64,000 bases of DNA from positions 88,739 through 152,738 of the forward strand of contig CBDBZY010000043.1 in assembly GCA_965213685.1 (NCBI GenBank). The letters are read 5' to 3'. Position 1 is the first letter of the stretch, and each line of letters opens with the position of its first letter. The translations under genes and the position numbers were made by a program. This DNA is from a bacterium. Lineage in GTDB: Bacteria; UBA8248. The notes below the pieces were generated by a model. That model had not been told where the DNA came from and did not search any database. It saw only the letters and a program-made list of their open reading frames with translations. This document shows, one piece after another, positions 21,312 to 31,182 of the stretch.

Positions 21312-22196
21312 CTAGCTCCCCTGGGGCGGGTCGCCTTCGCCGCGATTTCTCAGGAAGCGCTCCAGCTCCTTGGCGAGGTCATCGCCCGAGGGAAGCTCGT
21401 CCGGCCCGGCGTCCTCCTCGAGGCCGTCGTCCCTGCGCTTGAGCTGCTCCACGTAGTCGCGCACCGACTTGTTTTTCTGGAGCGCCTCGTCCACCTTGTC
21501 CTCGAATTCATGGGCGCCCGCCTCGAGGTCCGCGAGGTTGAGGGGGTAGGCGAGGAAATCGCTCAGCCGCTCGACGAGGGCGAGTGCCGCCTTGGGGTTG
21601 GGCGATACGTTCACGTAATGGGGCACGTTCGCCCAGACGCTGACGGCGGGCAGGCTCTCGTCGCGGAAAAGGTTGTTCAGCACGCCGACGATTCCGGTCG
21701 GCCCCTCGTAGCGGGAGGGTTTGAGGCCCAGCTGGGAGGCCAGGTCCGGGTTCGTGGAGGTGCCGGTAATCCGCACCCGGCTCCTGTGGTAGACGTCGGC
21801 GAGCAGGGCACCCACCGTCACGACCATCCGCACCCGGCATTCGCGGACCATGGACAGGATGATTTTGGAAAAACGCTCCCACTGCAAATGCGGCTCCACT
21901 CCCAGGAATATCAGCACGTCATGCTCGAGGCCCGGCGTCTCGCAGGCGTAGAAGGCGTTCGAGGGCCAGGTGATTTTTCTGCGGCTGTCCGCGTCGAGGT
22001 GCACCTGGGGACGCATATCCTGAAAATTGTAGAACGGGTCGGAGTCGATGCGGGCGAACTCCAGCCCCCCCATGTTCTCGGTCAGAAAGCTCGCGGCGGT
22101 CGTGGCGGCGTTGCTGGCGTCGTTCCAGCCCGCGAAGGCCATGAGGAGCGTGGGCTCCCGGAGGTTCGGCGTTTCTTTTATGTCCACATATTCCAT
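21312..22196 (-). CDS. PAC2 (proteasome assembly chaperone) family protein
   Basis: AFAGWNDA, GVEPHLQW, YEGPTGIVG, WANVPHY, NPKA. Confidence 0.88.
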   Translation of the reverse strand: MEYVDIKETPNLREPTLLMAFAGWNDASNAATTAASFLTENMGGLEFARIDSDPFYNFQDMRPQVHLDADSRRKITWPSNAFYACETPGLEHDVLIFLGVEPHLQWERFSKIILSMVRECRVRMVVTVGALLADVYHRSRVRITGTSTNPDLASQLGLKPSRYEGPTGIVGVLNNLFRDESLPAVSVWANVPHYVNVSPNPKAALALVERLSDFLAYPLNLADLEAGAHEFEDKVDEALQKNKSVRDYVEQLKRRDDGLEEDAGPDELPSGDDLAKELERFLRNRGEGDPPQGS

Positions 22197-22422
22197 ATGA
22201 TCGCTCCCCTGGGCCGCGTCGTGCCCCGCAATCGGGAAAAGAAGCGCACGCCCATTGTAGGAGGTCTTGGGCGCGGATTCAAACCTCTCTTATTATCGGG
22301 TGCCGGGAGATTCTTCGCGCGCCGTTTGATGATGCGGGGCCGCTGGGATATACATTTTTTCTCTGAGCGGCTGCGGCCTCCCGCCTTCTGCGGCGCGGGG
22401 TGCGGCGGAGGGTGAGGGGCGA

Positions 22423-23196
22423 ATGACGGGCGCGCCGGAGATGAAGGACAAGGTGGTTTTGATAACGGGCGGCGCGCGCGGCATCGGCGCGGCCATTGCG
22501 CGGCGCTTCGCCCGCGCCGGCGCGCGGCTGGTGCTGAATCATCGGACGGAAGGGGGCCGATCGGCGCAGACGGCGGACGCGCTTTGCCGGGAGGTCGAGG
22601 CCGCCGGCGCGCGGGCCGTGGCCATCCCCGCGGACATCTCCCGAAAAGATTCCGTCCGGGCCATGTTCGCGCGGGTGGCGGACGAGCTGGGGCGGCTCGA
22701 CGTCCTGGTGCTGAACGCGGCGCGCGCGCCCTTCAAGCCGTGGGACAGGCTCCTCGAGCGCGACCTGAAGCTCCTGGTGGAGACGAATTTTCTGGGCAAC
22801 GTGTTCTGCCTGCAGGCGGCCCTCCCGCTCCTGGCGCGCCAGGGGGGGGCGGTCGTGTTCATCTCCAGCCTGGGGAGCCGGTTCTACCATCCGGAGTATT
22901 CCCTGGGTCCGATGAAGGCGGCGATGGAGGCGGCGGTCAGGCACTGGGCGGAGAGTTTCGATGGGCGGGGAATATCGGTCAACGCCGTTTGCGCGGGCCT
23001 CGTGAGGACCGATTCGTTCCGGACGTTGCGGATGGTTCAGCCGGAGCTGGAGAAGCTGCCCGAGCGGTATTTCGTCGCGCCCGAGGAGGTGGCCGAGTCC
23101 GTCTATTTTCTCGCCGGGGCGGGCGCGGGCGCCATACGCGGACAAACGATCGTGGTCGACAGGGGGCTCAGCAACCAGTTGAACCGGCTGCCCTGA
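22423..23196 (+). CDS. SDR, FabL-like enoyl-ACP reductase
   Basis: TGGARGIG, LNAA, ISSLGS, Y..G..KAAME, VNAV; first gene of the FAS cluster. Confidence 0.7.
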   Translation: MTGAPEMKDKVVLITGGARGIGAAIARRFARAGARLVLNHRTEGGRSAQTADALCREVEAAGARAVAIPADISRKDSVRAMFARVADELGRLDVLVLNAARAPFKPWDRLLERDLKLLVETNFLGNVFCLQAALPLLARQGGAVVFISSLGSRFYHPEYSLGPMKAAMEAAVRHWAESFDGRGISVNAVCAGLVRTDSFRTLRMVQPELEKLPERYFVAPEEVAESVYFLAGAGAGAIRGQTIVVDRGLSNQLNRLP

Positions 23197-23308
23197 CGAT
23201 GGAATCGGCGATGATTTCCCTGCGGCGGTTGATTTTCACGCTTCCTCTTGATTGTATATGCCCTCATGCAGGAGGGTTTTCGCGCGCTTATCGGAGCAGG
23301 GGAGAACC

Positions 23309-23872
23309 ATGTCGCAAAACCTGATCTCGGACGATACGATTTTGGAAGAGGTGAAAAAGGCGATTGCCCATACCACGGGAATCGAGAAGGAGTCCATCGA
23401 GGCGGACAGCTCCCTGGTGGATGACCTGGGGGTGCTGTCGCTGGATTTTCTGGACATCAACTTTCGCCTGGAGCAGGTGTTCGGCGTCCGTATGGCGCGC
23501 AACTTCGTTCTGGAGCACGTGGAGGAGATGTTTGGCGAGGGCGTGGCCATCAACGAGGAGAGCGAGGTGACGGAAAAGGGGGTCGAAGTGTTGCGGCTGC
23601 GCCTGAACGAGGCGGCCGAGGGGCTGGAGCCGGGAACTCCGGTGGATGAGCTGCCCGCCCTCGTGACGCCGAACACGCTGGCCGGCGCGGTGCGCGACGT
23701 GCTGAATCGCCTGCCCGAGAGGAGCCCGGCGGCGGCGGACTGGAAAGTCGAGGGTGGAACGCGCATCGTGTGCGCCCGGACGAACGAGCCCGCCTCCTTG
23801 CCCAGCGGGGATGAAGTGATTGAGGACTGGCTGAACAGGTTGCAGGAGGAAAGACGACTCTTTGCCTCCTGA
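23309..23872 (+). CDS. Extended acyl carrier protein (187 aa)
   Basis: DDLGVLSLDFLDINFRLEQVFG phosphopantetheine motif plus a long insertion/extension. Confidence 0.85.
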   Translation: MSQNLISDDTILEEVKKAIAHTTGIEKESIEADSSLVDDLGVLSLDFLDINFRLEQVFGVRMARNFVLEHVEEMFGEGVAINEESEVTEKGVEVLRLRLNEAAEGLEPGTPVDELPALVTPNTLAGAVRDVLNRLPERSPAAADWKVEGGTRIVCARTNEPASLPSGDEVIEDWLNRLQEERRLFAS

Positions 23873-23912
23873 CGCCCTCCTCCCTCGTCCATCTTCTCTG
23901 GAGGACGCGCGA

Positions 23913-25223
23913 ATGGCCGTTTCCGGCAGGCGAGTCGCGATCACCGGATACGGGGCGATGACGCCCCTGGGCGGGGACGTCGCCTCCACGTTCGAGGCCG
24001 CTCGCGAGGGGTGCTCCGGCATCGACGTGGTTCGGCGCTTCGACCCGGCGAGCCTGCCCTGCCAGATCGCAGGCGAGATAGAGGACGGGTGGCTCGAGGC
24101 CCGGGAGAACGGCGGCGGGCGCAGGCTCGACAAGTTCTGCACCCGCGGGGTGCGGATGATGCGCGTGGCCGTTTCGGAGGCGTCGCGCACGGCGGGCATT
24201 GACGCCATTTCGGACAGAAAGCGCATCGGCGTCGCGCTCGGCTCTCACGGCGAACATCCCCAGATCGAGGAATTGCTCCGCACCTTCCCCTGCTGGGAGC
24301 CCGGCCGCGACGACCCCCTGCGGGGCCGCTGGAACATGAAGGAGCTCCGGCGGCGCGGTGCCTACGACCTGATGACGTTTTTCCGAAGAAAATCGGACGT
24401 GGCCACCTCCGTCGTCGCACTGGATTTTGACTGCCGGGGGCCCACGGCCTCCATCTGCTCGGCCTGTGCGGCGGGGGCGCAGGCGATAGGCGAGTCCGTG
24501 CGCCTCATCCGCGACGGGCGGGCCGACGTCATGGTGGCGGGCGGCTGCGAGGCGACCATCACCTACGTGGGGTTTATCGGCTTCGTGCTCCTCACCGCGC
24601 TGGTCGAGAGATACGAAACCCCGCAGGCGGCGTCCCGCCCTTTCGACAGGAAGCGAAACGGCTTCGTGATGTCGGAGGGCGCCGGCGCGATGATCCTCGA
24701 GGGATATGACCACGCGCGCGCCCGCGGCGCCCCGATTCTCGGCGAGGTGCTCGGCTATGGCGACTCCTCGGACGCGTTTCGCATCACCGACATGCACCCG
24801 AGGGGGCTGGGCGCGGTCTTCGCCATGAAGAGGGCACTCGACGACGCCGGCCTCCCGCCCGAGAGCGTCGAATACATCAACGCGCACGGCACCTCGACGC
24901 CCAAGAACGACGTGACGGAGACCAGGGCCATCAAGGAGGTGTTCGGCGCCCATGCGGAGAGGTTGCCGATCAGCTCCAACAAGTCCATGATCGGCCACAC
25001 CATCGGCGCGGCCGGGGCCATCGAGGCGATTCTGACCCTGGAGGGAATGCGCCGCTCGGAAATCCTGCCCACCATCAACTATCAGAACCGCGACCCGAAG
25101 TGCGACCTGGATTACGTGCCCAACGAGACGAGGGCGCAATCCCATCGCGTCGCCCTCTCCAACAGTTTTGGCTTCGGCGGGCAAAACGCCTGTCTGTGCC
25201 TGGGCGGTCCCGAGGTCGCGTGA
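23913..25223 (+). CDS. fabF: Beta-ketoacyl-ACP synthase II (active Cys-His-His)
   Basis: SACAAG, NAHGTST, KSMIGH, SNSFGFGG. Confidence 0.9.
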   Translation: MAVSGRRVAITGYGAMTPLGGDVASTFEAAREGCSGIDVVRRFDPASLPCQIAGEIEDGWLEARENGGGRRLDKFCTRGVRMMRVAVSEASRTAGIDAISDRKRIGVALGSHGEHPQIEELLRTFPCWEPGRDDPLRGRWNMKELRRRGAYDLMTFFRRKSDVATSVVALDFDCRGPTASICSACAAGAQAIGESVRLIRDGRADVMVAGGCEATITYVGFIGFVLLTALVERYETPQAASRPFDRKRNGFVMSEGAGAMILEGYDHARARGAPILGEVLGYGDSSDAFRITDMHPRGLGAVFAMKRALDDAGLPPESVEYINAHGTSTPKNDVTETRAIKEVFGAHAERLPISSNKSMIGHTIGAAGAIEAILTLEGMRRSEILPTINYQNRDPKCDLDYVPNETRAQSHRVALSNSFGFGGQNACLCLGGPEVA

Positions 25224-26407
25224 AGCCGCCGCTTCCCATCATCGGGGTGGGGCTGGTGACGGCGGCGGGACGGGGCGTCGAACCCGCCTGGGAGGCGCTT
25301 TGCGCGGCCCGCTCTTCGCTCGCCGTTGACGCGGCGCCCGAACTCGCCGGCTTTCCTCCCGTCAAGACGGCGCGGTGCGCGCGGATAGACCCCGGGGCCA
25401 TCGGCGCGGACCGCCGGGCGGCCAGGCTCATGCGCCACCACGTCCACATGCTCCTGGCGGCGGTTCATGACGCGATCGTCGCGGTCCCGGCGATTCTGGA
25501 GACGGCGGCGGAGGAAGTCGCCTTCTTCGCCGGCATGGATTCCGTCGATCCGGCCGGCGATGATTTGCTTGGCGCGATTCGCGGATCGGGCGACGGCGTG
25601 TGCCTCGAGCGTTTTTTTCGCGAGGGGATGGACAGCATTCCCCCGCTCTGGCCGCTGGGGCTGCTGAATGCGATAGGCTTCTGCCAGGTGGCGATTCAGT
25701 ATCGGCTGCGGGGGGAGAACGCCGTTTTCAGCGCGGGGGCGGAGGCGACGGCGCGCGCCATCTGCGAGGCGGCGGCCTCGGTTCGCCTGGGAAAGGCGAG
25801 GTTGGCCCTGGCCGCCGGCGCGAGCGGGGCGATCTCCGCCCGGATGCTGGCCCGCGCTGCGCTGCGCGGCGCGTGGCCCGCCGCGTGGGGGCTGGGCGAG
25901 GGCGCGGGGGTGGTGTGCCTCGGGCGCGCGGAGGATGCCGATGCGGGCGGGATATGCGGCTGGCTCAAGGGCCATGCCCTGACGCGCGCGCTGGAGCGGG
26001 GCTGCGGCCTCGCCCGCGCGCTGGAGGGAGCGGCGCGCGCAGCACTCGCGATGGCGGGCCTGGCGCCCGGGGAGGTCGACCTCGTCGTGCTGCACGGGGA
26101 GGGGCGAGACCGGCCGGACGAGGCGGAGGCCGCGGCCGTCTCCGCCATTTTCCCGGACGACAGACCCTGCCGCCTTGCTACGAAGGGCGTATTCGGCCAC
26201 CTTTGGGGGGGGAGCCCGGCACTCGACGTCATCCTCGCGCTGCGGGCGTTGGCGGAGGGGGTGGCGCCTCCCTCTCCCGGCGTGGCCGATGCGCGCTTTC
26301 GGCGCGCGGGCCAGACGCCCGGACGGGACGGCCTGCGAAACGCGCTTGTTCTCGTCCAGGGGTTCGACGGCGTGTGCGCCGCCCTCGTGGTGGGGAAAGA
26401 CGCCTGA
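25220..26407 (+). CDS. Ketosynthase-like protein lacking the catalytic Cys (chain-length-factor-like)
   Basis: KS fold motifs GEGAG, LHG, KGVFGH; the Cys position reads SAGAEA. Confidence 0.75.
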   Translation: MKPPLPIIGVGLVTAAGRGVEPAWEALCAARSSLAVDAAPELAGFPPVKTARCARIDPGAIGADRRAARLMRHHVHMLLAAVHDAIVAVPAILETAAEEVAFFAGMDSVDPAGDDLLGAIRGSGDGVCLERFFREGMDSIPPLWPLGLLNAIGFCQVAIQYRLRGENAVFSAGAEATARAICEAAASVRLGKARLALAAGASGAISARMLARAALRGAWPAAWGLGEGAGVVCLGRAEDADAGGICGWLKGHALTRALERGCGLARALEGAARAALAMAGLAPGEVDLVVLHGEGRDRPDEAEAAAVSAIFPDDRPCRLATKGVFGHLWGGSPALDVILALRALAEGVAPPSPGVADARFRRAGQTPGRDGLRNALVLVQGFDGVCAALVVGKDA

Positions 26408-26426
26408 TGGGAGGAGGGGGGGCGGA

Positions 26427-26879
26427 TTGCGGTTTCTCTTTTTTGACCGGATCACGGAGGTGGTGCGCGGAGAGCGCATCGTGGGGCTGAAGACGTTCCC
26501 CCTGTCGGAGGCCTATCTGAACGCGCACTTCCGGCGCGCTCCCCGGGTGCCCGGCTCCATCCTGATAGAGGCGATGGCGCAGATTACGGGGTGGCTCGTG
26601 GCCTACACCTATGATTTCGAGACCTCGTGCGTCATCTCGCTCATTGACGACGCGGAGGTGGCGAGCGACCTGCGCCCCGGCGCGGTCCTGGAGATTCACG
26701 GCGAGATGATCGACACGAACAGGCAGGCGAGCCTGTGCCGCGCCCGCGTGGAGAGCGACGGCGTCCCGGTCGCGCGGGCGGATCGGTTCGTGTATCCCCA
26801 CTTTCCCAGCGAGGACCCCGAGGGGCTGCGAAGGCGGTTCCGCAGCTATGGGTGGCTGGCGTCGGAGGCGGCCCCGTGA
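26427..26879 (+). CDS. FabA/FabZ-type 3-hydroxyacyl-ACP dehydratase
   Basis: RFLFFDRI, HF...PGSILIEAMAQ. Confidence 0.85.
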   Translation: MRFLFFDRITEVVRGERIVGLKTFPLSEAYLNAHFRRAPRVPGSILIEAMAQITGWLVAYTYDFETSCVISLIDDAEVASDLRPGAVLEIHGEMIDTNRQASLCRARVESDGVPVARADRFVYPHFPSEDPEGLRRRFRSYGWLASEAAP

Positions 26880-28141
26880 GTTCCCGCGCGCTCGTCACCG
26901 GCCTCGGCATGGTGACCTCCCTCGGCGCCGACGTGGAAACCTCCTGGCACAGGGCGCTGGCCGGCGAGTCGGGTCTGGCGCCGATCGCCTCCTTCGACGC
27001 GAGGGCGCTGCCCGTCGCCGGTGCGGGCGAGGTCTCCGCAGGGGCGTTGTCCGCCATTCGGGAGAGGCTGCCCGACCGGTATGCCGGCGAGGGGGAGCGC
27101 AGGGTGCTGTTCGCGCTCGACGCGGCGCGCGGGGCGATGGCGGACGCCGGGATGCGCCCCGGCGATTATGCGCCCGAGCGCGCGGGCGTGGTGATGGGCA
27201 CCGGGCTGAGCAGCTACCGTCTGGAGGATTTTTCCGCCTGGGCGGACCCGGAAAACGGCTTTGACGCCGTCCGCTTCGCGGGAGAACTCGAGAGGACGCA
27301 GGCCTCGGGCTATTTCCGGAACCCGCCCGAGCGGGCGACTTCGCGGATTGCGGAGTGGTTCGGGCTGGGCGGCCCCAGCGCCACCCTCACGTCCGCCTGC
27401 GCGGCGGCCGGCCAGGCGATAGGCCTCGGGATGCGCATGATTCGCGGGGGCGAGGCGGACGTGGTTCTCTGCGGCGGGGCCGATTCGATGATCCATCCCG
27501 TCGGGATGGCCATATTCCTCCTGCTGGGCGCCGCCTCGAAATCGAAGCCCCCCGTTTGCCGGCCGTTCGACAGGAAGCGCTCCGGCCTCGCCGTGGGCGA
27601 GGGGGCGGGCGTCGTCGTCCTGGAGTCCGAGGAGCACGCCCGAAAGAGGGGAGCGGCGCCCCATGCCGTCCTCTCCGGCTATGGTGCGAGCATGGACGCC
27701 CACCAGGTGACGGCTCCGCACCCGGAGGGGCGGGGCGCCGTTCGCGCGATGCGCGCAGCCCTCCTCGACGCGGGCGTCGCGCCTTGCGAGGTCGCCTATG
27801 TCAACGCGCACGGCACGGGCACGAAGCTCAACGATCCGGCCGAGACCCGGGCGATTCGCGAGGTTTTCGGCGCGCGGGCGGACTCCCCGGCGGTGAGCTC
27901 CTCCAAGTCGATGACAGGACACTTGATCGCCGCGTGCGGCGCGCCCGAGTTCATCTTCACGGTCCTGAGCGTCGCGCGCGACGTCGTGCATCCCACGGCG
28001 CATCTGGAGAATCCCGACCCGAAGTGCGCTCTCGCTCATGTGGCTGGCGGGGCGCGAGAGGCGCCCGTGCCCGCCGCCATCACGAATTCCTTTGGCTTTG
28101 GCGGACAAAACGCCACCCTCCTCGTCAGAAAGGCGGCCTAG
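26876..28141 (+). CDS. fabF: Beta-ketoacyl-ACP synthase II, second copy (active)
   Basis: SACAAA, NAHGTGT, KSMTGH, NSFGFGG. Confidence 0.88.
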   Translation: MSSRALVTGLGMVTSLGADVETSWHRALAGESGLAPIASFDARALPVAGAGEVSAGALSAIRERLPDRYAGEGERRVLFALDAARGAMADAGMRPGDYAPERAGVVMGTGLSSYRLEDFSAWADPENGFDAVRFAGELERTQASGYFRNPPERATSRIAEWFGLGGPSATLTSACAAAGQAIGLGMRMIRGGEADVVLCGGADSMIHPVGMAIFLLLGAASKSKPPVCRPFDRKRSGLAVGEGAGVVVLESEEHARKRGAAPHAVLSGYGASMDAHQVTAPHPEGRGAVRAMRAALLDAGVAPCEVAYVNAHGTGTKLNDPAETRAIREVFGARADSPAVSSSKSMTGHLIAACGAPEFIFTVLSVARDVVHPTAHLENPDPKCALAHVAGGAREAPVPAAITNSFGFGGQNATLLVRKAA

Positions 28142-28894
28142 ATGAAAATCGATTTGACCGGAAAAGTGGCGCTGGTCACCGGCGGCGGCCGGGGGATTGG
28201 CCGCGCCTGCTGCGCGTCCCTGGCCGAGGCGGGCGCTTCGGTGGCGATCAACTACAGCCGCTCGGCCGACGCCGCCGAGGAAGTCCGGGAGCGGATCGAG
28301 GCGGCCGGCGGCAGGGCGATCACCTGCCGGGCCGACGTCTCCTCCCTCGAGGATGCGACGGCGATGTTCGAGAAGGTGAAGGCGGCCTTCGGCACGCTCG
28401 ACATTCTGGTCAACAACGCGGGCGTGATCCACGACGCCCTGCTGCTCACCATGAAGCCCGCCGGCTGGCGGAAGGTCATCGGCGTGAGCCTCGACGGCGC
28501 CTACCACTGCACGAAGCTGGCCTGCGAGGTGATGCTCCGCAAACGCTCCGGCAAGGTGATCAGCATCTCCTCGGTCGCGGGCGTCTCGGGCGGGGGCGGC
28601 CAGACGAACTACGCCTCCGCCAAGGCGGGCCTCATCGCCTTCATGCGCGCCTGCGCCGCCGAGATGGGGAAGCGCGGCATACAGTTCAACGCCGTTTTGC
28701 CGGGCCTCATCGTCACCGACATGAGCGAGCGGGTGCGCAATCGGGCGGCGGAGGCGATTCTGGGGCGCATCCCGGCGGGCCGCTTCGGCGAGCCGGAGGA
28801 CGTGGCCAGGCTCGTGGTGTTCCTGGCCTCGCCGGAGTCCGATTACATCAATGGCCAGGCGATAGCCGTGGACGGCGGCCTGCTCACCGGCTGA
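28142..28894 (+). CDS. fabG: 3-oxoacyl-ACP reductase
   Basis: TGGGRGIG, NNAG, GQTNYASAK. Confidence 0.9.
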   Translation: MKIDLTGKVALVTGGGRGIGRACCASLAEAGASVAINYSRSADAAEEVRERIEAAGGRAITCRADVSSLEDATAMFEKVKAAFGTLDILVNNAGVIHDALLLTMKPAGWRKVIGVSLDGAYHCTKLACEVMLRKRSGKVISISSVAGVSGGGGQTNYASAKAGLIAFMRACAAEMGKRGIQFNAVLPGLIVTDMSERVRNRAAEAILGRIPAGRFGEPEDVARLVVFLASPESDYINGQAIAVDGGLLTG

Positions 28895-28925
28895 GGCCGG
28901 GGGCTTGTTGTCGGGGGATGGGAGA

Positions 28926-29348
28926 ATGCGGCTGTATCAGGGGGTGGACCTGGTGGAGGTGGAGCGTTTGCGGGAAAGCCTATGAGCGCCACGATGCGTT
29001 TCGGCTGGACGTCCTTCACGGAGGCCGAGTGCGCGTACTGCCTCGGGCACCGGAATCCGTATCCGCATTTTCGCCGCCCGCTTCGCGGCGAAAGAGGCGT
29101 GCCTCAAGGCCTTCGGCCTCGGCCTCTCGGGTCCCGGCGGGCTGGGCGGACGGGGCCGCCTCCGCGAGATCGAGGTGGCGTCGGCGCCATCGGGCAAGCC
29201 CACCCTGCAGCTGAGCGGATCGATGAAGCGCATGAGCGCGCGAAGGGGGATCGTCCAATCCACCATCTCCCTCAGCCACACCCTGGAGCTGGCGGTGGCC
29301 CAGGTGATCCTGATGGGAGAGGGCGCGCCGGGGGAGTCGCGCGGCTAG
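28926..29348 (+). CDS. acpS: Holo-ACP synthase, broken by about three +1 indels as assembled
   Basis: Reconstructed across frames: MRLYQGVDLVEVER..FTEAE..A.RFAAKEA.LKA..SGKP..SLSHT. Confidence 0.8.
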
Positions 29349-29416
29349 GATTGCGCGCGGCCGCAGACGGGAGGCGTCCGGTGCGGGCCGGGCGTCCTGG
29401 GGGGGGAGTCGTTCGT

Positions 29417-29869
29417 TTGCGATATATGCTGGTGGACAGGGTGATGGAGTGGGAGGCGGGAGAATCCATCCAGGGGCTGAAGAACATCACCATGAGCGAG
29501 GATTTTCTGGCGTTTCACTTTCCGCGCTTTCCCGTCATGCCGGGGGCGCTGATATTCGAGGGCCTCGTCCAGCTCGCCGGCTGGCTCGAGGCGGCCGGCT
29601 CGGATTTCACGAGATGGATTCTCCTGGAAAAGGTGCGCGGCATCAAATACTATGGGTTTGCCTTTCCGGGCGATCAGGTTGTCCTGCGGGTAGAGGCGCG
29701 GGGGACGGAAGGCGGATGGAAGAACTTCCGGGGGCTGGCCACCGTGGAGGGGGAGCGCCGGGTGGTCGTCGATTTTGGCGGAAAGGTGGTGGCACTCGCG
29801 GATTATGAGGACCCCGAGGAGCAGCGTCACCATTTTCGGATCCTCAGCCGTGAGATTCGGCTGAACTAG
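29417..29869 (+). CDS. FabZ-type dehydratase, second copy
   Basis: RYMLVDRV, HFPRFPVMPGALIFEGLVQ. Confidence 0.87.
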   Translation: MRYMLVDRVMEWEAGESIQGLKNITMSEDFLAFHFPRFPVMPGALIFEGLVQLAGWLEAAGSDFTRWILLEKVRGIKYYGFAFPGDQVVLRVEARGTEGGWKNFRGLATVEGERRVVVDFGGKVVALADYEDPEEQRHHFRILSREIRLN

Positions 29870-29881
29870 GCGGAATCCTCG

Positions 29882-31182
29882 ATGAAGGGCAGAGAGGTCT
29901 GGATCACGGGGGTGGGGCTGCTCACCTCGCTGGGCGGAAGCGCCGCGGAGAACTGGAGCGCGCTTCGCGCCGGCAGAAGCGGCGTCGCAACTCATCGAGA
30001 CGAGGCGAGCGAATCCCTGCCGGAGAATTTCCTCTGCCACGCCCGCGTCGCCGGACATGAGGACCCGCCCGAGACGCCGCCGAGGCTCGCGAGCCAGAGA
30101 AAATTCCTGAACAGGAGCTCCATCCTGGGGCTTCACGCGGCCCGGGAGGCGGGTGACGGGCGCCGGCCTCGACATGGCGTCGGTGGCACCAGAGAGAAAA
30201 GCCCTCTACGTGGGCTCCGGCGATTTCACGCGCGTGGGCCATGTGGATTTCTACGACGCCGTGGAGCGGACGGCCGGCAAGTCCTGGGGCTTCCCGGAGG
30301 CCGCCGCCCTCAATGAGGCGGCCCTCCACAGGGGTGAACCCCTTTTTCCTGCTCGAGGGCCTCCCCAACAATCTTTTCAGCTATCTCGCGGCCATGTATG
30401 AACTGATGGGGCCGAACGGCAGCTTCTCCAGCCTCTCCCCTTGCGGTGCGCAGGCACTGGAGAGCTGCGAGCGCGTCCTCCGCCTCGGGGAGGCCGACGT
30501 CGGCCTGGTCGTGGGCTGCGCGAGCTGGGCGCATCCCCTGGTGCTTCTGGAGCTCGACGGCCTGGGGATTCTCTCCCGGGCGAAGGATGGGGCGGCCTCG
30601 TTCCGGCCTTTTGACAGGAGGCGCGACGGGTTCTTCACCGGCGAGGGGGGAGCCGCTCTGCTCCTGGAGGCCGCGGAATGCGCCATGGAGCGGGGCGCGC
30701 AGCCCTTGGGCCGCGTCCTCGGGGTGGCGAATTGCCAGGAGTCCGCACCGGGTCGCTACATCCCGGTTCCCGCCGCCGCGGTCGGCTTCTCAGCGGAATC
30801 GGCCCTGGCCGAGGCGGGTCTCGCACCCGATGATCTCGCCTTCGTCCTCCCCCACGGAAGCGGGACGCCGAGGGGGGACGCGGGCGAGTTGTCCGCCCTG
30901 CTGGTGCTGCAGGAGAAGGCCGAGGACGCGATCCCGATCGCCGGCTGGAAGCCCTATACGGGCCATATGGGCTCCGCGAGCGACCTGGGGGAGATCGTGC
31001 TGGGGCTCTCCGCCCTGAAAGATGGGCGTCTTCCGCCCACGCCGGGCCTCGACGGGAAAGACGACGCTTTCGGCCCCTTGCACATCCCTGTGGAGGAATG
31101 CGCCGTCGCGGGGGGGGCGTTCCTCTCCCTGAGCCACGGCATCGGCGGCCAATCCTCCGCAATCGTCGTCGCCGCGCAGTGA
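29882..31182 (+). CDS. Ketosynthase-like protein (probable Cys->Ser, CLF-like); two frameshifts near 30150 and 30330
   Basis: VWITGVG, SLSPCGAQA at the active-site position, RPFDRRRDG, PHGSGT, KPYTGH. Confidence 0.75.
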
